A program made the position numbers and the translations under genes. Of a stretch of DNA of 64,000 nt, positions 1-9,666 are shown one piece after another. Source of the stretch: Nitrosopumilaceae archaeon (GTDB lineage: Archaea > Thermoproteota > Nitrososphaeria > Nitrososphaerales > Nitrosopumilaceae); assembly GCA_965203465.1 (NCBI GenBank), contig CBDBCR010000003.1, forward strand, positions 512,001 through 576,000, read 5' to 3'. How positions within the stretch are numbered: position 1 is the first letter of the stretch; each line of letters opens with the position of its first letter. The notes below the pieces were generated by a model. The model had not been told where the DNA came from. It ran no database searches and worked only from the letters and a program-made list of their open reading frames with translations.

Positions 1-3000
1 GCGAGGCAAAGTCGCGCACCTGGTCCGTGTGGGACAGTATGGTGTCCAGTATCGACGTGCCGAACCACTGCGAGGTGCCCAGCGCGGCCGCCCCCGGCGG
101 GGCGCCCGGCGCGGACGAGGCCGCGTCGGCGGCGGCCATTATTTCGACCGTGTCGGTGCTGAAATCGAACAAGAGGACGGCCGAGTCCGAGGCCACGTGC
201 GTGGCGGACATCTGCGATACGAGCGCCGCCGAATCGAGCGGGGCCCCGTCGGTCGACGAGACGAACGGCACCAGCGCCGTGGTGTAGCCCGAGCCCAGAT
301 CGAATCTTGACTTTACGGATTCGGCCAGGCCTCTCCCCCACGCGTCGTCCCTGTACGCTATGGTGGCGTGCTTTATGCCCGCGTTGAGCAGCTGCTCCGC
401 GATGAACGGGCCCATGAGCGTGTCGGGCGGTATCAGCCTGAATATGCCGTCCTGCTTTGCCAGCGAGGCGGCAGTCGAGCCGTAGCTGAGGACGGTCACG
501 CCGTTGGCCGCCGCATAGTCCTGCACGCGCGTCACGCCGCCCGACGTGGCCGGGCCGATTACCGCCTTTATGCCCGCCGAGTTTAGGTCGCTCAGCCGCG
601 CCAGCGCCGTGTCCGGCTCGGCCCGCGAATCGCGTATGTCCAGCGAGACGCGCCAGTCCGAGTCGGTCTGCTCGAGGCGCTCGTTGAGGTCTTTCACCCC
701 GACCTGCATGGCGGCTTCCCAGTGCTCGCCGAGCGACGAGACCGGGCCGGTCAGCGGCACGAGCGCGCCGATCGTGACCGTGTGCAAGTCGCCAAGGCCC
801 GCCGTCTCCGTAAGGTCCAGGACGGTCAGCCCGCCGCGCGTGTTGTTCAGGCCGGTCACCGCCGCGTTGGACGAGGCGACGGCCGCGTACAGCCGCCCGT
901 CGACGGTCCTGAGCGAGACGCCCAGCGGGTCGTCCAGGCCGACGCGCTCGCCGGCCGGATCGTTGTGGCCGTCGCGCGCGTACGCGAGGCGCTGCGGCGA
1001 CGCGGGATCCGTGACGTCTATCAGAAACAGCCCGTCGGGCTGATCGACCGTGGCGGCCAGCACGGTGCGCCCGCCGGCCTCGGACACGTCGATCCGCTCT
1101 ATGCTGTCGAAGGACGCCAGCGGGTGGCCGTCCAGGTACGGGCCGATGACGCCGGCCGAGCGGGGCGCGGACGGATCCTTCAGGTTCACTATCTGGATGA
1201 ATTCGCCGCTGTATTCGTCAGGGTCGTCGCTGGCCACTATGGCCGCGTGCGGCACGCCGCCCAGCTCGAATGCGAGCACCTGCCCGGGCGAGTAGATGTC
1301 GCCGAACGCGCGCCCGTCCCTGTCCAGCAGGCCCGGCGTTATGGAGGCCGCGCGCTTTGGATTCGCAGGATCCGAAAGATCCAGTATCTGGACGGAGCCC
1401 TCGCCGTCGTTGCCGTAATACCAGTCGTCCAAGGAAGATACCACCGCGTACGTCGAGCCGCCGGACTCGAAGGTGTCTATGCCGACCGGGTTGTACAGCG
1501 AATCGAAGAGGCGGCCGTCGGCGTCCCTCTCGCCGGCCACGGCGAACGATATCTGCCGGATGGCGGCCGGATTTGAAATGTCCAGTATCGTCACGGCGCC
1601 CTGGTACTGGCTGTAGGTTCCGCCGTACTGCGAGGCGAACGCGACGTAGGTCTTGCCGCCGGTCTCAAAGACGGCCAGGTCCGAGATTGTCAGCAGCGCG
1701 TCGATGTTGGTGGCCCAGGCGCCGTTGTTGACCGAGTACCCGCTGTTGGGGTTGCCCGGATCCGTAATGTCCACCATCTGGAACCCGCCCACCTGGTACG
1801 GGGCGCCCGGCGAGACCGCGACGGCGTACGTGCGGTCGCCTATCTTGACTATCTCTACGGCGTCGGTCCCGTCCAGCTCGGCCAGCCGGCGCAGCGGGTC
1901 GGCGGCAAGGTCGGTCGTCGGCGTGATGCAGTGCAGCTGCTGCCCGGTGTACTGGTTGGGATCGGCGCAGCCGTACATCGGCGAGCGGCCGTCGGCCATG
2001 TACGAGACAGAGCGCGGAGAGTACGGATCCGAAATGTCCACTATCTGCAGGCCGTTGTCGTCCGCCGATGCCACCACGGCGAACGTGCCGGCAGAGCCGC
2101 GCAGGCTGACCGTTTCTGCCGGCGCCTCCGGCGAGCCGATCCTGCCGGACAGGTGAGCCTGCTCGGTGGCCGGATCGTAGCGCACGGTACTCCACGTGCC
2201 CGAATACAGGGTGCGCGCCAGCTCTTCCCCGTCCACGGTGTACACGTCCACGTCGGCCGCGCCGCCCAGGCTGTGGTAGTGCGTTATAGACGGTATGTTG
2301 AAGACGTACCCCGGATCGAAGTTTTTGACGGTCCTGTACGGATCGCCGGGCGATACCGGGCGGCCGGACGCCTGCCCGTCCGTTATCGCCGAGGCGAGCA
2401 CCGCGGCCGTGTCCACGGGCGCGTACGCAGAGCGCGCCGAGATCTGCACGGACTGGGCGGCCACGGCGCGATCGTGAAAGTCCTGCACGTCTCCGGGCGC
2501 GTACGACAGCGACTGGCCCGACATGACCGGGTCGCGGAACGTGATGTACGCCGAGATCACCGCGGTCGGATCCAGGTATTCGGTGGTCCAGCTGGCAGGC
2601 ACCGGCCACAGCAGGGCGGGCCAGTCGGGGCGCGGCGGGGGCGGTATGTCCTGGGTTATCACGCGCTCCTGGGGCACCCGCACGGATATAGCTCCGCTGC
2701 CGCCGGCCGACCATGCCTCGGCCGAGCCGGCGCCGGTCATGGGCATGTTGAAGTATATCCGCACGGTGTGCGGCGAGACCGACTCTGCGGACATTATGGC
2801 GGGCAGCACCGACGGGTCGGGCGTGTCGGCTATTTCCAGCGCGACCGGATCGACGCTCAAGTCGGACAGGTCCTCCACGGCGCTCCGCTCGAAGCGCAGG
2901 TGCGGGGCCGCGTACACTGCGCCGGCCTGCGCGAGCGTCTCTGAAAGCTGTACCGTGATGCGGGCGTCCGAATCTCCCGACGACGTAATCTGCGAGCCGG

Positions 3001-6000
3001 TCAGCGCGGTGCCTCCCGTCGTAAAGGAGCCGTCGGCCATGAAGATCTTTGCCAGATCGGCAGAATCCTTGACCCACTCGTCGAAGGTAAGCGTCAGCAC
3101 CCCCGAGGCCTCGTCCAGCTCTGCGGAGGAGACCGACGGCCGCACGGCGTCGGGCGTGTCCGCGATTTCGGCCGTCGCGGCGGCCACGGGCACGTCCGAA
3201 AGGTCCCGCACCGCGCCCGCGTCCAAGCGCACGTACGGCGTCGTATAGCCGATGGCCGACTGCCGCAGGGCCTCGCTCAAGTCCACGGTTATCTCCTTGT
3301 CCGTGTCTTCGGACGTCACCGAAGAGCCGGTCAGCGCGGCGCCGCCGGATCCGGGCCCGTCGCGGATGAAGATCCTCGAGAGGTCGACGCCGGCGCCGTC
3401 CTTTACGTCCTCGTTGAACGTCAGGGTCAATATTCCGGTGCCCTCGTCGAGGGCCGGCCTGTCGTTGCCCGTAGCCACTAGCGCCGGGGCGTTGGTGTCC
3501 AGTATCTGGGAGATGTCGGTGCCGGCCGCGTTGGCCGCTATGTCGTTGAGGGCCGTGTCTTCTATGGCGCCGGCCGCGATGTACAGGTAGGGATCCGACA
3601 AGGCTATGGCGCCCAGCCTGCTGTCCGGGCTCAGCTCGAACTCGAAGGTCAGGCCGTCGGACTGGCCGGACTTTCTCTCCGCGTTGGACAGCGTGACCTC
3701 GCCGGCGGAGCCGTCGGCCGCGCTGGCGCCCTCGCGCAGCTCAAAGCCCGCGCCGTTTACGCGCGCCGGATCCACGTCCACGTCCTCGTTGAACGTTATG
3801 GTGAGCAGGCCGGTCTCCTCGTTGAGGGCAGCAGAAGAGACCACCGGCGGTATGCTGTCGTATACTTTGGTGATCGCCGTGCTGGTGGCCGAGGCGGCCA
3901 GGGTCTGGTTTGAAAGATCCACCACGGCGCCCGAGGTAAAGTACAGGTGTGGCACGTACGCCTGGGCGGCCACGGCGGCCCTGAGCGTCTCGGATACGGT
4001 TATCTCGATCTCCGGGTCGGTGTCGTCGGTGGAAGACACGCTAAAGCCGGTGCCGGTCAGCGCCGTGCCGCCGGAGGTGCCCGAGCCGTCGCGGATGAAG
4101 ACTTTGGTCAGATCCACGGTGCCGTCGTTTACCGATTCGTTGAACACGATGGTCAGCCTCCCGGTGGGCACGTGGAACACGGGCGCGGTGGTGGAGCTGA
4201 GCTGCGGGGCCGCGGTGTCGGCTGTGTCCGTGATTTCGGCGCTGGCCGAGGCGGCTACGTCCTGGTTCGAAAAGTCCTTCACGGCGCCTTGTGCGAGGCG
4301 CACGTGCGGCGTCGCGTAGCCGATGGCGGCCTTGCGCTGCGCCTCGGTAAGATCCACCGTCACGGTCGCGCCGTTGCCCGTCGAGGTGACCGTCGCGCCG
4401 GTCAGGGGCTCGCCGCCGGAGGTGAACGAGCCGTCGTTTATGAGGATCTTCGACTGGTCGACGTCCGAATCCGACGCCTTTACGGTCTCGTCGAAGGTCA
4501 GCGTCAGTATTCCGGTCTCTTCGTTGAGCGCGGGCCCGTTCTGCCCCGTGGCCACGAGCCGCGGGGCGGTCGTGTCTGGCGTGTCCGTTATTTCGGCGAC
4601 GGCGGCGGCGACGTTCTGGTCGGAGAGATCCTTCACCGCTCCGGCATCTAGGCGCACGTACGGCGCCGTGTAGCCGATGGCCGTCTGCCGGAGCGCCTCT
4701 GTCAGTTCCACGGTGATCTCGGCGTCCGTATCGGCAGTCGAGGTCACCGTCGAGCCGGTCAGCGCGGTGCCGGCGGGGGAGGCGAACGAGCCGTCGTTTA
4801 TGAAGATCTTGGCCAAGTCGACGTTGGCGCCCTCCTTTACCGATTCGCTGAACGTGAGAGTCAGCACGCCGGTGGCCTCGTCGAGGGCCGGCGCGTTCTG
4901 TCCCGACGCCACGAGCGTCGGCGCGGTGGTGTCCGCGGTATCCGAGATGGAGGCGCCGGCCGCGAGGGCCGCGATGCCGACGGACGACGTGTCGGTGATG
5001 GCGCCGGCCGCGACGTACAGGTAGGGGTTGCTCAGCGCTATGGCGTCCCTCCTGCTGTCCTCGTCGAGCTCGAACTTTAGCGTCAGGCCGTCGTTCTGGC
5101 TGGCCTGTATCTCCGCGTTGGACAGGACGACATTGCCCGCTTGGTTGCTGGGCGCGCTTGCGTTGTTGCGTATTTCGAAGCTGGCGCCGTTGCTGCTCGC
5201 GCTCGACACGTCGACGGTCTCGCTGAACGTTATCGTGAGCAGGCCGGTCTCCTCGTTGAGGGCCGCGGACGAGACCGTCGGCGGATCGTTGTCGGGCGTC
5301 TGCGAGATGGCGGTGCCGGCCGTCTTTGCGGCTATTCCGTTGGGTCCAACGTTGCTGTTGGCCAGGCTGATCGCGTCGTTTATGGCGCCGGCCGCGACGT
5401 ACAGGTGGGGATTCGACAGGGCGATGACGGCCTGCCGGCTGTCCTCGTCCAGATCGAAGACGAACGTGAGACCGTCGGACTGGCTCGCCCGTATCTCCGA
5501 ATTCGACAGGGTGACCTCGCCGGGAGAGCCGTCCGCGGCGTTGGCGTTGTTGCGTATTTCGAAGCTGGCGCCGCTGCTGCTCGCGCTGGACACGTCGACG
5601 GTCTCGTCGAACGTGATCGTCAGTATCCCGGTGCCCTCGTCGATGGCCGCCGTCAAGACCTGCGGCGCGGCCGTGTCGAAGACCTGTGAAACGTCGGTGC
5701 CTTCCGCCTTTGCGGCTATGCCGTTGGCCGCCGTGTCGTCTATGGCGCCTGCCGCCACGTACAGGTACGGATCGCTCAAGGCTATGGCGGCCTGGCGGCT
5801 GTCCTCGTCGAGTTCGAATTCGAAGGTGGCGCCGTCGGTCTGGCCGGCCTTTATCTCGCCGGCGGACAGCGTGACCTCGCCGGTGGAGCCGAGGGCCGCC
5901 GGCGTGCTCTCGCGCAGGTAAAAGGCGGCGCCGTTGGCGCCGGACACGTCCACGTACTCGTCGAACGTGATCGCGAGCGGGCCGTCGAGCCCCTCGTTCA

Positions 6001-7267
6001 GCGACACCGCGGTCACCACGGGTCCGGTGGTATCGGCCGTCGCGGCGGGCACCTCCGTTACGCCCGAGGAAGCTACGGGGGTGGCGCCGCCCGACTGCGC
6101 GAACGCGCCGTGATCAACCAGTATCGCCAGGTCCGCCATGCCCTTGATTGTCTCTTTCTGCTCAGGGCTCAGGCCTATCGTGACCGTGTTGGAACTGATG
6201 GAGACGGAGGCGCCGGAGCCCAGCGTGATGTTGGACGAGCCGTCGCGCGTCTGCACGGTTATCCTCGAGAGCGCGTCCGTGTTGCTAGTGCGCGCCTGCA
6301 CGTCCTCGGTAAAGTAAATCACGATCTTGCCCGCGCTACGGTCGCCTGCGCTGCCCTCGAAGTTGTTCAGGTCGACGGCCGCCGACTTGAACGCGGCGCT
6401 GGATATGACGGCCGTCGACGAGGTGGTCGCCAGCAGCGCGTTGTCCGACAGATCCTTTATCGCCCCCGCGCCAAAGTACAGGTGGGGGGTAGAGTATCCG
6501 GCGATCCTGTCGTAGTCGGTCTGGCTCAGCAATATAGAGACGTAGGGATCCGTATCGACGGTGGACGTCACGGTGGAGAGCGACAGGTTGCCGGTCGCCG
6601 AGGGCGTCGAGCCCGAAGTGTAGGTGCCGTCGCTGACGAATACCTGCGCCAAGTCGACGTCGGCCCCCTCCTTTACCGATTCGCTGAACGTCATGGTCAG
6701 TATCTTGGCGCCGTCGTCGATGACGGACTGTCCGGGTATGGTCGGGGCATTGGTGTCGTCGATGGTGGTGAAAGTTCGGCCCTGGTTGTTAGCGGACCAG
6801 CCGCTCCACATTCCGTGGCCATTAGCCTGACGGAACGTGTCTTCTTTGGGAGACGCGTACCCGCTAAAAGTGACCGGCAGCATCGCTTTGCGCTGGGCCT
6901 CGGTAAGCTGTATAAGTATGGGACCAAAACCGGTGCCCGAAGAGACCACCTCGGCGCCCGCCAGATTGACTGATAGCGTTACTCCATAAGTTGCCCCAAA
7001 ATCTGTTGTGCCGAGCCATATGTTTTCCTGCTTTACGTCCGCATCGCCGAGTCTTGACTCAGTGATAAGTTGGAGGGTGAGCAATCCGGTCTCTTTGTTG
7101 AGAGTGGCGTGGCTTAGCCCCACGTTTCCGGCGTGAGTCGCGTCGGCCTCTTGGTGGGGCAGCGCCGCCAAGAGCGGCGCCAGCGCCAAGAGAGGCAAGA
7201 GCGCCAAGACCGCGAACTTTGCCGTTTTTTCGCCCGCAATGCGCCCCGATCCTAGCCGCGCCAACAT
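1..7267 (-). CDS. Giant secreted/surface protein (>2400 aa, runs off the window): signal peptide, about a dozen ~120-aa Ig-like repeats, LVIVD-type beta-propeller, type I periplasmic-binding (LivK-like) domain
   Basis: Manual translation from ATG 7267 gives MLARLGSGRIAGEKTAKFAVLALLPLLALAPLLAALPHQEADA (hydrophobic signal). The same frame reads sensibly at position 2 (..ILDTILSHTDQVRDFAS); the ORF track probably omits it because no stop lies in the window. Repeats such as LDEATGVLTLTFSE..VDLAKIFI..PYLYVAAGAI at ~2780-7100; GLQIVDISDP / GFQMVDITDP repeats at ~950-2100; GPATSGG..LSYGSTAASLA..GIFRLIPPD..YRDDAWGEGL at ~300-750. Confidence 0.88.
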   Translation of the reverse strand, partial: MLARLGSGRIAGEKTAKFAVLALLPLLALAPLLAALPHQEADATHAGNVGLSHATLNKETGLLTLQLITESRLGDADVKQENIWLGTTDFGATYGVTLSVNLAGAEVVSSGTGFGPILIQLTEAQRKAMLPVTFSGYASPKEDTFRQANGHGMWSGWSANNQGRTFTTIDDTNAPTIPGQSVIDDGAKILTMTFSESVKEGADVDLAQVFVSDGTYTSGSTPSATGNLSLSTVTSTVDTDPYVSILLSQTDYDRIAGYSTPHLYFGAGAIKDLSDNALLATTSSTAVISSAAFKSAAVDLNNFEGSAGDRSAGKIVIYFTEDVQARTSNTDALSRITVQTRDGSSNITLGSGASVSISSNTVTIGLSPEQKETIKGMADLAILVDHGAFAQSGGATPVASSGVTEVPAATADTTGPVVTAVSLNEGLDGPLAITFDEYVDVSGANGAAFYLRESTPAALGSTGEVTLSAGEIKAGQTDGATFEFELDEDSRQAAIALSDPYLYVAAGAIDDTAANGIAAKAEGTDVSQVFDTAAPQVLTAAIDEGTGILTITFDETVDVSSASSSGASFEIRNNANAADGSPGEVTLSNSEIRASQSDGLTFVFDLDEDSRQAVIALSNPHLYVAAGAINDAISLANSNVGPNGIAAKTAGTAISQTPDNDPPTVSSAALNEETGLLTITFSETVDVSSASSNGASFEIRNNASAPSNQAGNVVLSNAEIQASQNDGLTLKFELDEDSRRDAIALSNPYLYVAAGAITDTSSVGIAALAAGASISDTADTTAPTLVASGQNAPALDEATGVLTLTFSESVKEGANVDLAKIFINDGSFASPAGTALTGSTVTSTADTDAEITVELTEALRQTAIGYTAPYVRLDAGAVKDLSDQNVAAAVAEITDTPDTTAPRLVATGQNGPALNEETGILTLTFDETVKASDSDVDQSKILINDGSFTSGGEPLTGATVTSTGNGATVTVDLTEAQRKAAIGYATPHVRLAQGAVKDFSNQDVAASASAEITDTADTAAPQLSSTTAPVFHVPTGRLTIVFNESVNDGTVDLTKVFIRDGSGTSGGTALTGTGFSVSSTDDTDPEIEITVSETLRAAVAAQAYVPHLYFTSGAVVDLSNQTLAASATSTAITKVYDSIPPVVSSAALNEETGLLTITFNEDVDVDPARVNGAGFELREGASAADGSAGEVTLSNAERKSGQSDGLTFEFELSPDSRLGAIALSDPYLYIAAGAIEDTALNDIAANAAGTDISQILDTNAPALVATGNDRPALDEGTGILTLTFNEDVKDGAGVDLSRIFIRDGPGSGGAALTGSSVTSEDTDKEITVDLSEALRQSAIGYTTPYVRLDAGAVRDLSDVPVAAATAEIADTPDAVRPSVSSAELDEASGVLTLTFDEWVKDSADLAKIFMADGSFTTGGTALTGSQITSSGDSDARITVQLSETLAQAGAVYAAPHLRFERSAVEDLSDLSVDPVALEIADTPDPSVLPAIMSAESVSPHTVRIYFNMPMTGAGSAEAWSAGGSGAISVRVPQERVITQDIPPPPRPDWPALLWPVPASWTTEYLDPTAVISAYITFRDPVMSGQSLSYAPGDVQDFHDRAVAAQSVQISARSAYAPVDTAAVLASAITDGQASGRPVSPGDPYRTVKNFDPGYVFNIPSITHYHSLGGAADVDVYTVDGEELARTLYSGTWSTVRYDPATEQAHLSGRIGSPEAPAETVSLRGSAGTFAVVASADDNGLQIVDISDPYSPRSVSYMADGRSPMYGCADPNQYTGQQLHCITPTTDLAADPLRRLAELDGTDAVEIVKIGDRTYAVAVSPGAPYQVGGFQMVDITDPGNPNSGYSVNNGAWATNIDALLTISDLAVFETGGKTYVAFASQYGGTYSQYQGAVTILDISNPAAIRQISFAVAGERDADGRLFDSLYNPVGIDTFESGGSTYAVVSSLDDWYYGNDGEGSVQILDLSDPANPKRAASITPGLLDRDGRAFGDIYSPGQVLAFELGGVPHAAIVASDDPDEYSGEFIQIVNLKDPSAPRSAGVIGPYLDGHPLASFDSIERIDVSEAGGRTVLAATVDQPDGLFLIDVTDPASPQRLAYARDGHNDPAGERVGLDDPLGVSLRTVDGRLYAAVASSNAAVTGLNNTRGGLTVLDLTETAGLGDLHTVTIGALVPLTGPVSSLGEHWEAAMQVGVKDLNERLEQTDSDWRVSLDIRDSRAEPDTALARLSDLNSAGIKAVIGPATSGGVTRVQDYAAANGVTVLSYGSTAASLAKQDGIFRLIPPDTLMGPFIAEQLLNAGIKHATIAYRDDAWGRGLAESVKSRFDLGSGYTTALVPFVSSTDGAPLDSAALVSQMSATHVASDSAVLLFDFSTDTVEIMAAADAASSAPGAPPGAAALGTSQWFGTSILDTILSHTDQVRDFAS

Positions 7268-7271
7268 GCCG

Positions 7272-7286
7272 CCCCCCCCCCCCCCC
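7272..7286. repeat. C15 (G15 on coding strand) homopolymer between the TATA box and the start of the giant surface gene
   Basis: Minus strand reads TTTATT-ACAC-G15-CGGC-ATG. Confidence 0.9.
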
Positions 7287-7290
7287 GTGT

Positions 7291-7296
7291 AATAAA
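7291..7296 (-). promoter_or_regulatory. TATA box of the giant surface protein gene
   Basis: TTTATT 24-29 nt upstream of ATG 7267, the only AT-rich element nearby; spacing is typical of a leaderless archaeal mRNA. Confidence 0.6.
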
Positions 7297-7939
7297 GCCA
7301 ACGGATCAGCGCCGCGCGTTTCAGGCACGCCCGGGGCGGCGCCGGCGACCGCCGCGGGGCCGCCGGGCGGGGGAGGGCGGGCCGGTTTCGCGCGGTCCGG
7401 GCCGATACCGCGCGTCCCCGGCGCCCCGGCCGCGGCGCAACGCCGCATCTGCCGGCCGGGGGTTTTTCGATCCCGCGGGCGGGTGGATCAAAACGGCCGG
7501 GCAAAAGCCGGACGGCCGAAGGATCGCAGCCGGCGGATCTCGGATCGCGCGCCCCGGGCGGGAAGGCGCGATCCCGGGCCGCCGCCCGCACGGCGGGGAA
7601 AGGCGCGCAAGGCCGGGGCGGGCCGCAGTCCCGGCTGCGGGGCAGGCGCGCCCGGCGGGGGCGGACAAGGCCGGCGAGTCAGGGCGGCGTCGAGCGCGCG
7701 GGACGACTCGGGCGAGGCCGGCCGGAAACGCCCGGCGCGCGGCTTGCAGTCTTTGGAACAATCAACCTCGGAACAAGCACCGGATCTGGCGGTTCGTGCC
7801 GCGGCGCGCGCGAATCTGATCTGGAGATCATGCGTATGCTGCGGATCCAAGAACCGCGCGGGCCCGCGGCCGGCTTCCGGCCCGCTCTCGAACAGGCAGG
7901 AACCCGGATCAGGCGGCCGGCCCCGCGCCGTGCCGGCAG

Positions 7940-8890
7940 GACGCCTTCAACATCGGCTTTATTTTTTTGCAAAGGGCTCCGATCCGGGGATCCTTTGATC
8001 CGCGCAGCGCCTCCCAGATCTCGCACGCCTCGTCCGGCACGGCGCTGCCGGCGTGCTTGGGCATGAGGAAGGCCAGGCACCCGGCTACTTGCAGCGGGAA
8101 GCCCCCGGCATATCCGGCGAGTTTGTACACGGGGCCGTACGCCGCGTTGATCATGCCCGGATACTGCGTCATGTGGTCCCGGTACAGGGTTGTGGCCGCG
8201 TCGCCCGGCGGGGTGCTTGAGCCACGCGTCCAGTTGTGGCTTTTCAGGGAGGGGTGCTTCCACAGGCCGGCCAGCTTTGACTTGAAGTCCGGATCGTCGC
8301 GCTTGCCGGCCAGGGCGGGGCCGGCCCGCACGGAGCCCCGCCGCCCCCTGATCGTTTTTCTGCAAGACCCGCTCCACGATGCCGTCCGCGTGCGCGAGAT
8401 CGCAAAAATACGCCAGCATGGCGTGCCCCGCCGCGGCCTCTTGCGTTCGGGCCAGATCCGGATTTTGCGCGACGGGCCAGTCCATGAATTCGTCGCACCC
8501 CGCAAGATCCTCGAGCGCGTGCGAGTACATCTTTCCAGAGACGTACCCGTCCCAGAACGCGATCTTTGCCCTTTCGGACGACGGCATTCTTTCGGGCAGG
8601 CGCCTCGCCCGCTCTCGGTCCGGGTAGTAAAGGCCGGGCAGGAAGATTCCCAGGACCGCGCGGCGGGAAGCCGCGCGGCAGCCGCCGTCCGGGTACCGCT
8701 TAAAGATCCGTCTCGCCTCCTGCGCCGGGGCCGGGCTTTCGTCGCGCGTCCTGCGCCACGAGGTAGCGGTAGAGCGCGCGGAACGACGCTCCGTCGATGG
8801 ACGTGCCCGGCGCTCCGGTCCTGCCCGGGTATTCGTGTTCCCCGTCGGCCGAGCCGATCCTCGCCGGATCCAAGACTCCCCGCGCATCGT
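7940..8890 (-). pseudogene. Frameshifted remnant of a large helical protein C-terminus (copy 1 of a duplicated block)
   Basis: Protein-like segments alternate between ORFs 7679..8887 (..AKIAFWDGYV..AMLAYFCDLAHADGIVERVL) and 7909..9090 (..KLAGLWKHPSL..TLYRDHMTQYPGMINAAYGPVYKL). A diverged copy lies at ~14080-14700. Confidence 0.5.
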
Positions 8891-9110
8891 TTCTCAGGCC
8901 CTAGTCCACCGAGTTTCCCTTGAATCCGCCAGCTAGGACAGGGGCGGCAGCGCCGGCCGCAGACTCCGTTTCGGGCGCCGACCCGCCCAGCCGGGCGCGG
9001 TCCTGCTCGAACCGGAGCACGACGCCCTTGATCACAGCACGCCGCCCCGCCCTGCGCTAGCCGTCGTCGACGGCCTCGCGCAGGAAGCATGCAGCATACG
9101 TCGGCTGTGC

Positions 9111-9286
9111 CTAGCGCTGGCCCTTGGCGGCTGTCACCTCGATTTCCCCGCGCACGATCCCGTACGTTATGCGGGAGGGGCGGCCCGGCCCCTCCATGAT
9201 CGGCTTCGGAAGGTACCCCCGGCAGCCGCGCGTCTCGCGGCAGGCGACGCTGACCGTGAACTTGCGTCCTTTTGCCACCCGGTCAT
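9111..9286 (-). pseudogene. Frameshifted copy of the small AbrB/SpoVT-like gene at 15824-15997
   Basis: MTGWQKDA.. is in one frame and ..KFTVSVACRETRGCRGYLPKPIMEGPGRPSRITYGIVRGEIEVTAAKG in another. The DNA and its upstream region are clearly homologous to 15824-16050. Confidence 0.7.
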
Positions 9287-9666
9287 GCCAATTCCGGGCA
9301 CGCGTTTTGTTAAGGATGTTTTGTTCGCGTGGCCATATGCCGATCCGGCCGGGAAACGAACCCATAGCGTCTCTTTTTCCGGTTCCGGTATTTCTTGTTG
9401 ACCCGGCGGAACCCGGATTTTCGGCAAGTCCGCGCTCTCGGCCGGCGCGCCCGGGTTCTCAAAACTCCGCGCGGACGGCTACGCGAACTCGTGCCGACCC
9501 GCGCGGCGGGCAGGCGCCGCTGCTCTGCAAAGGGGCCCAAAAACAACATTCGGATTTCGAACGCGCCGGGCGTTCGGGCCCTCCCGCGCAGCCGCGGCCA
9601 GGCGCCGGCCGTGCCTGCGCAGGGTCTGCCGGTAGGGTTATTGTAGGGGACGGCGCGCCGGCCGCG

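Noticed and set aside
27-6973. Many + strand ORFs in the track
   Set aside because: Antisense shadows of the giant minus-strand gene, caused by high GC3.
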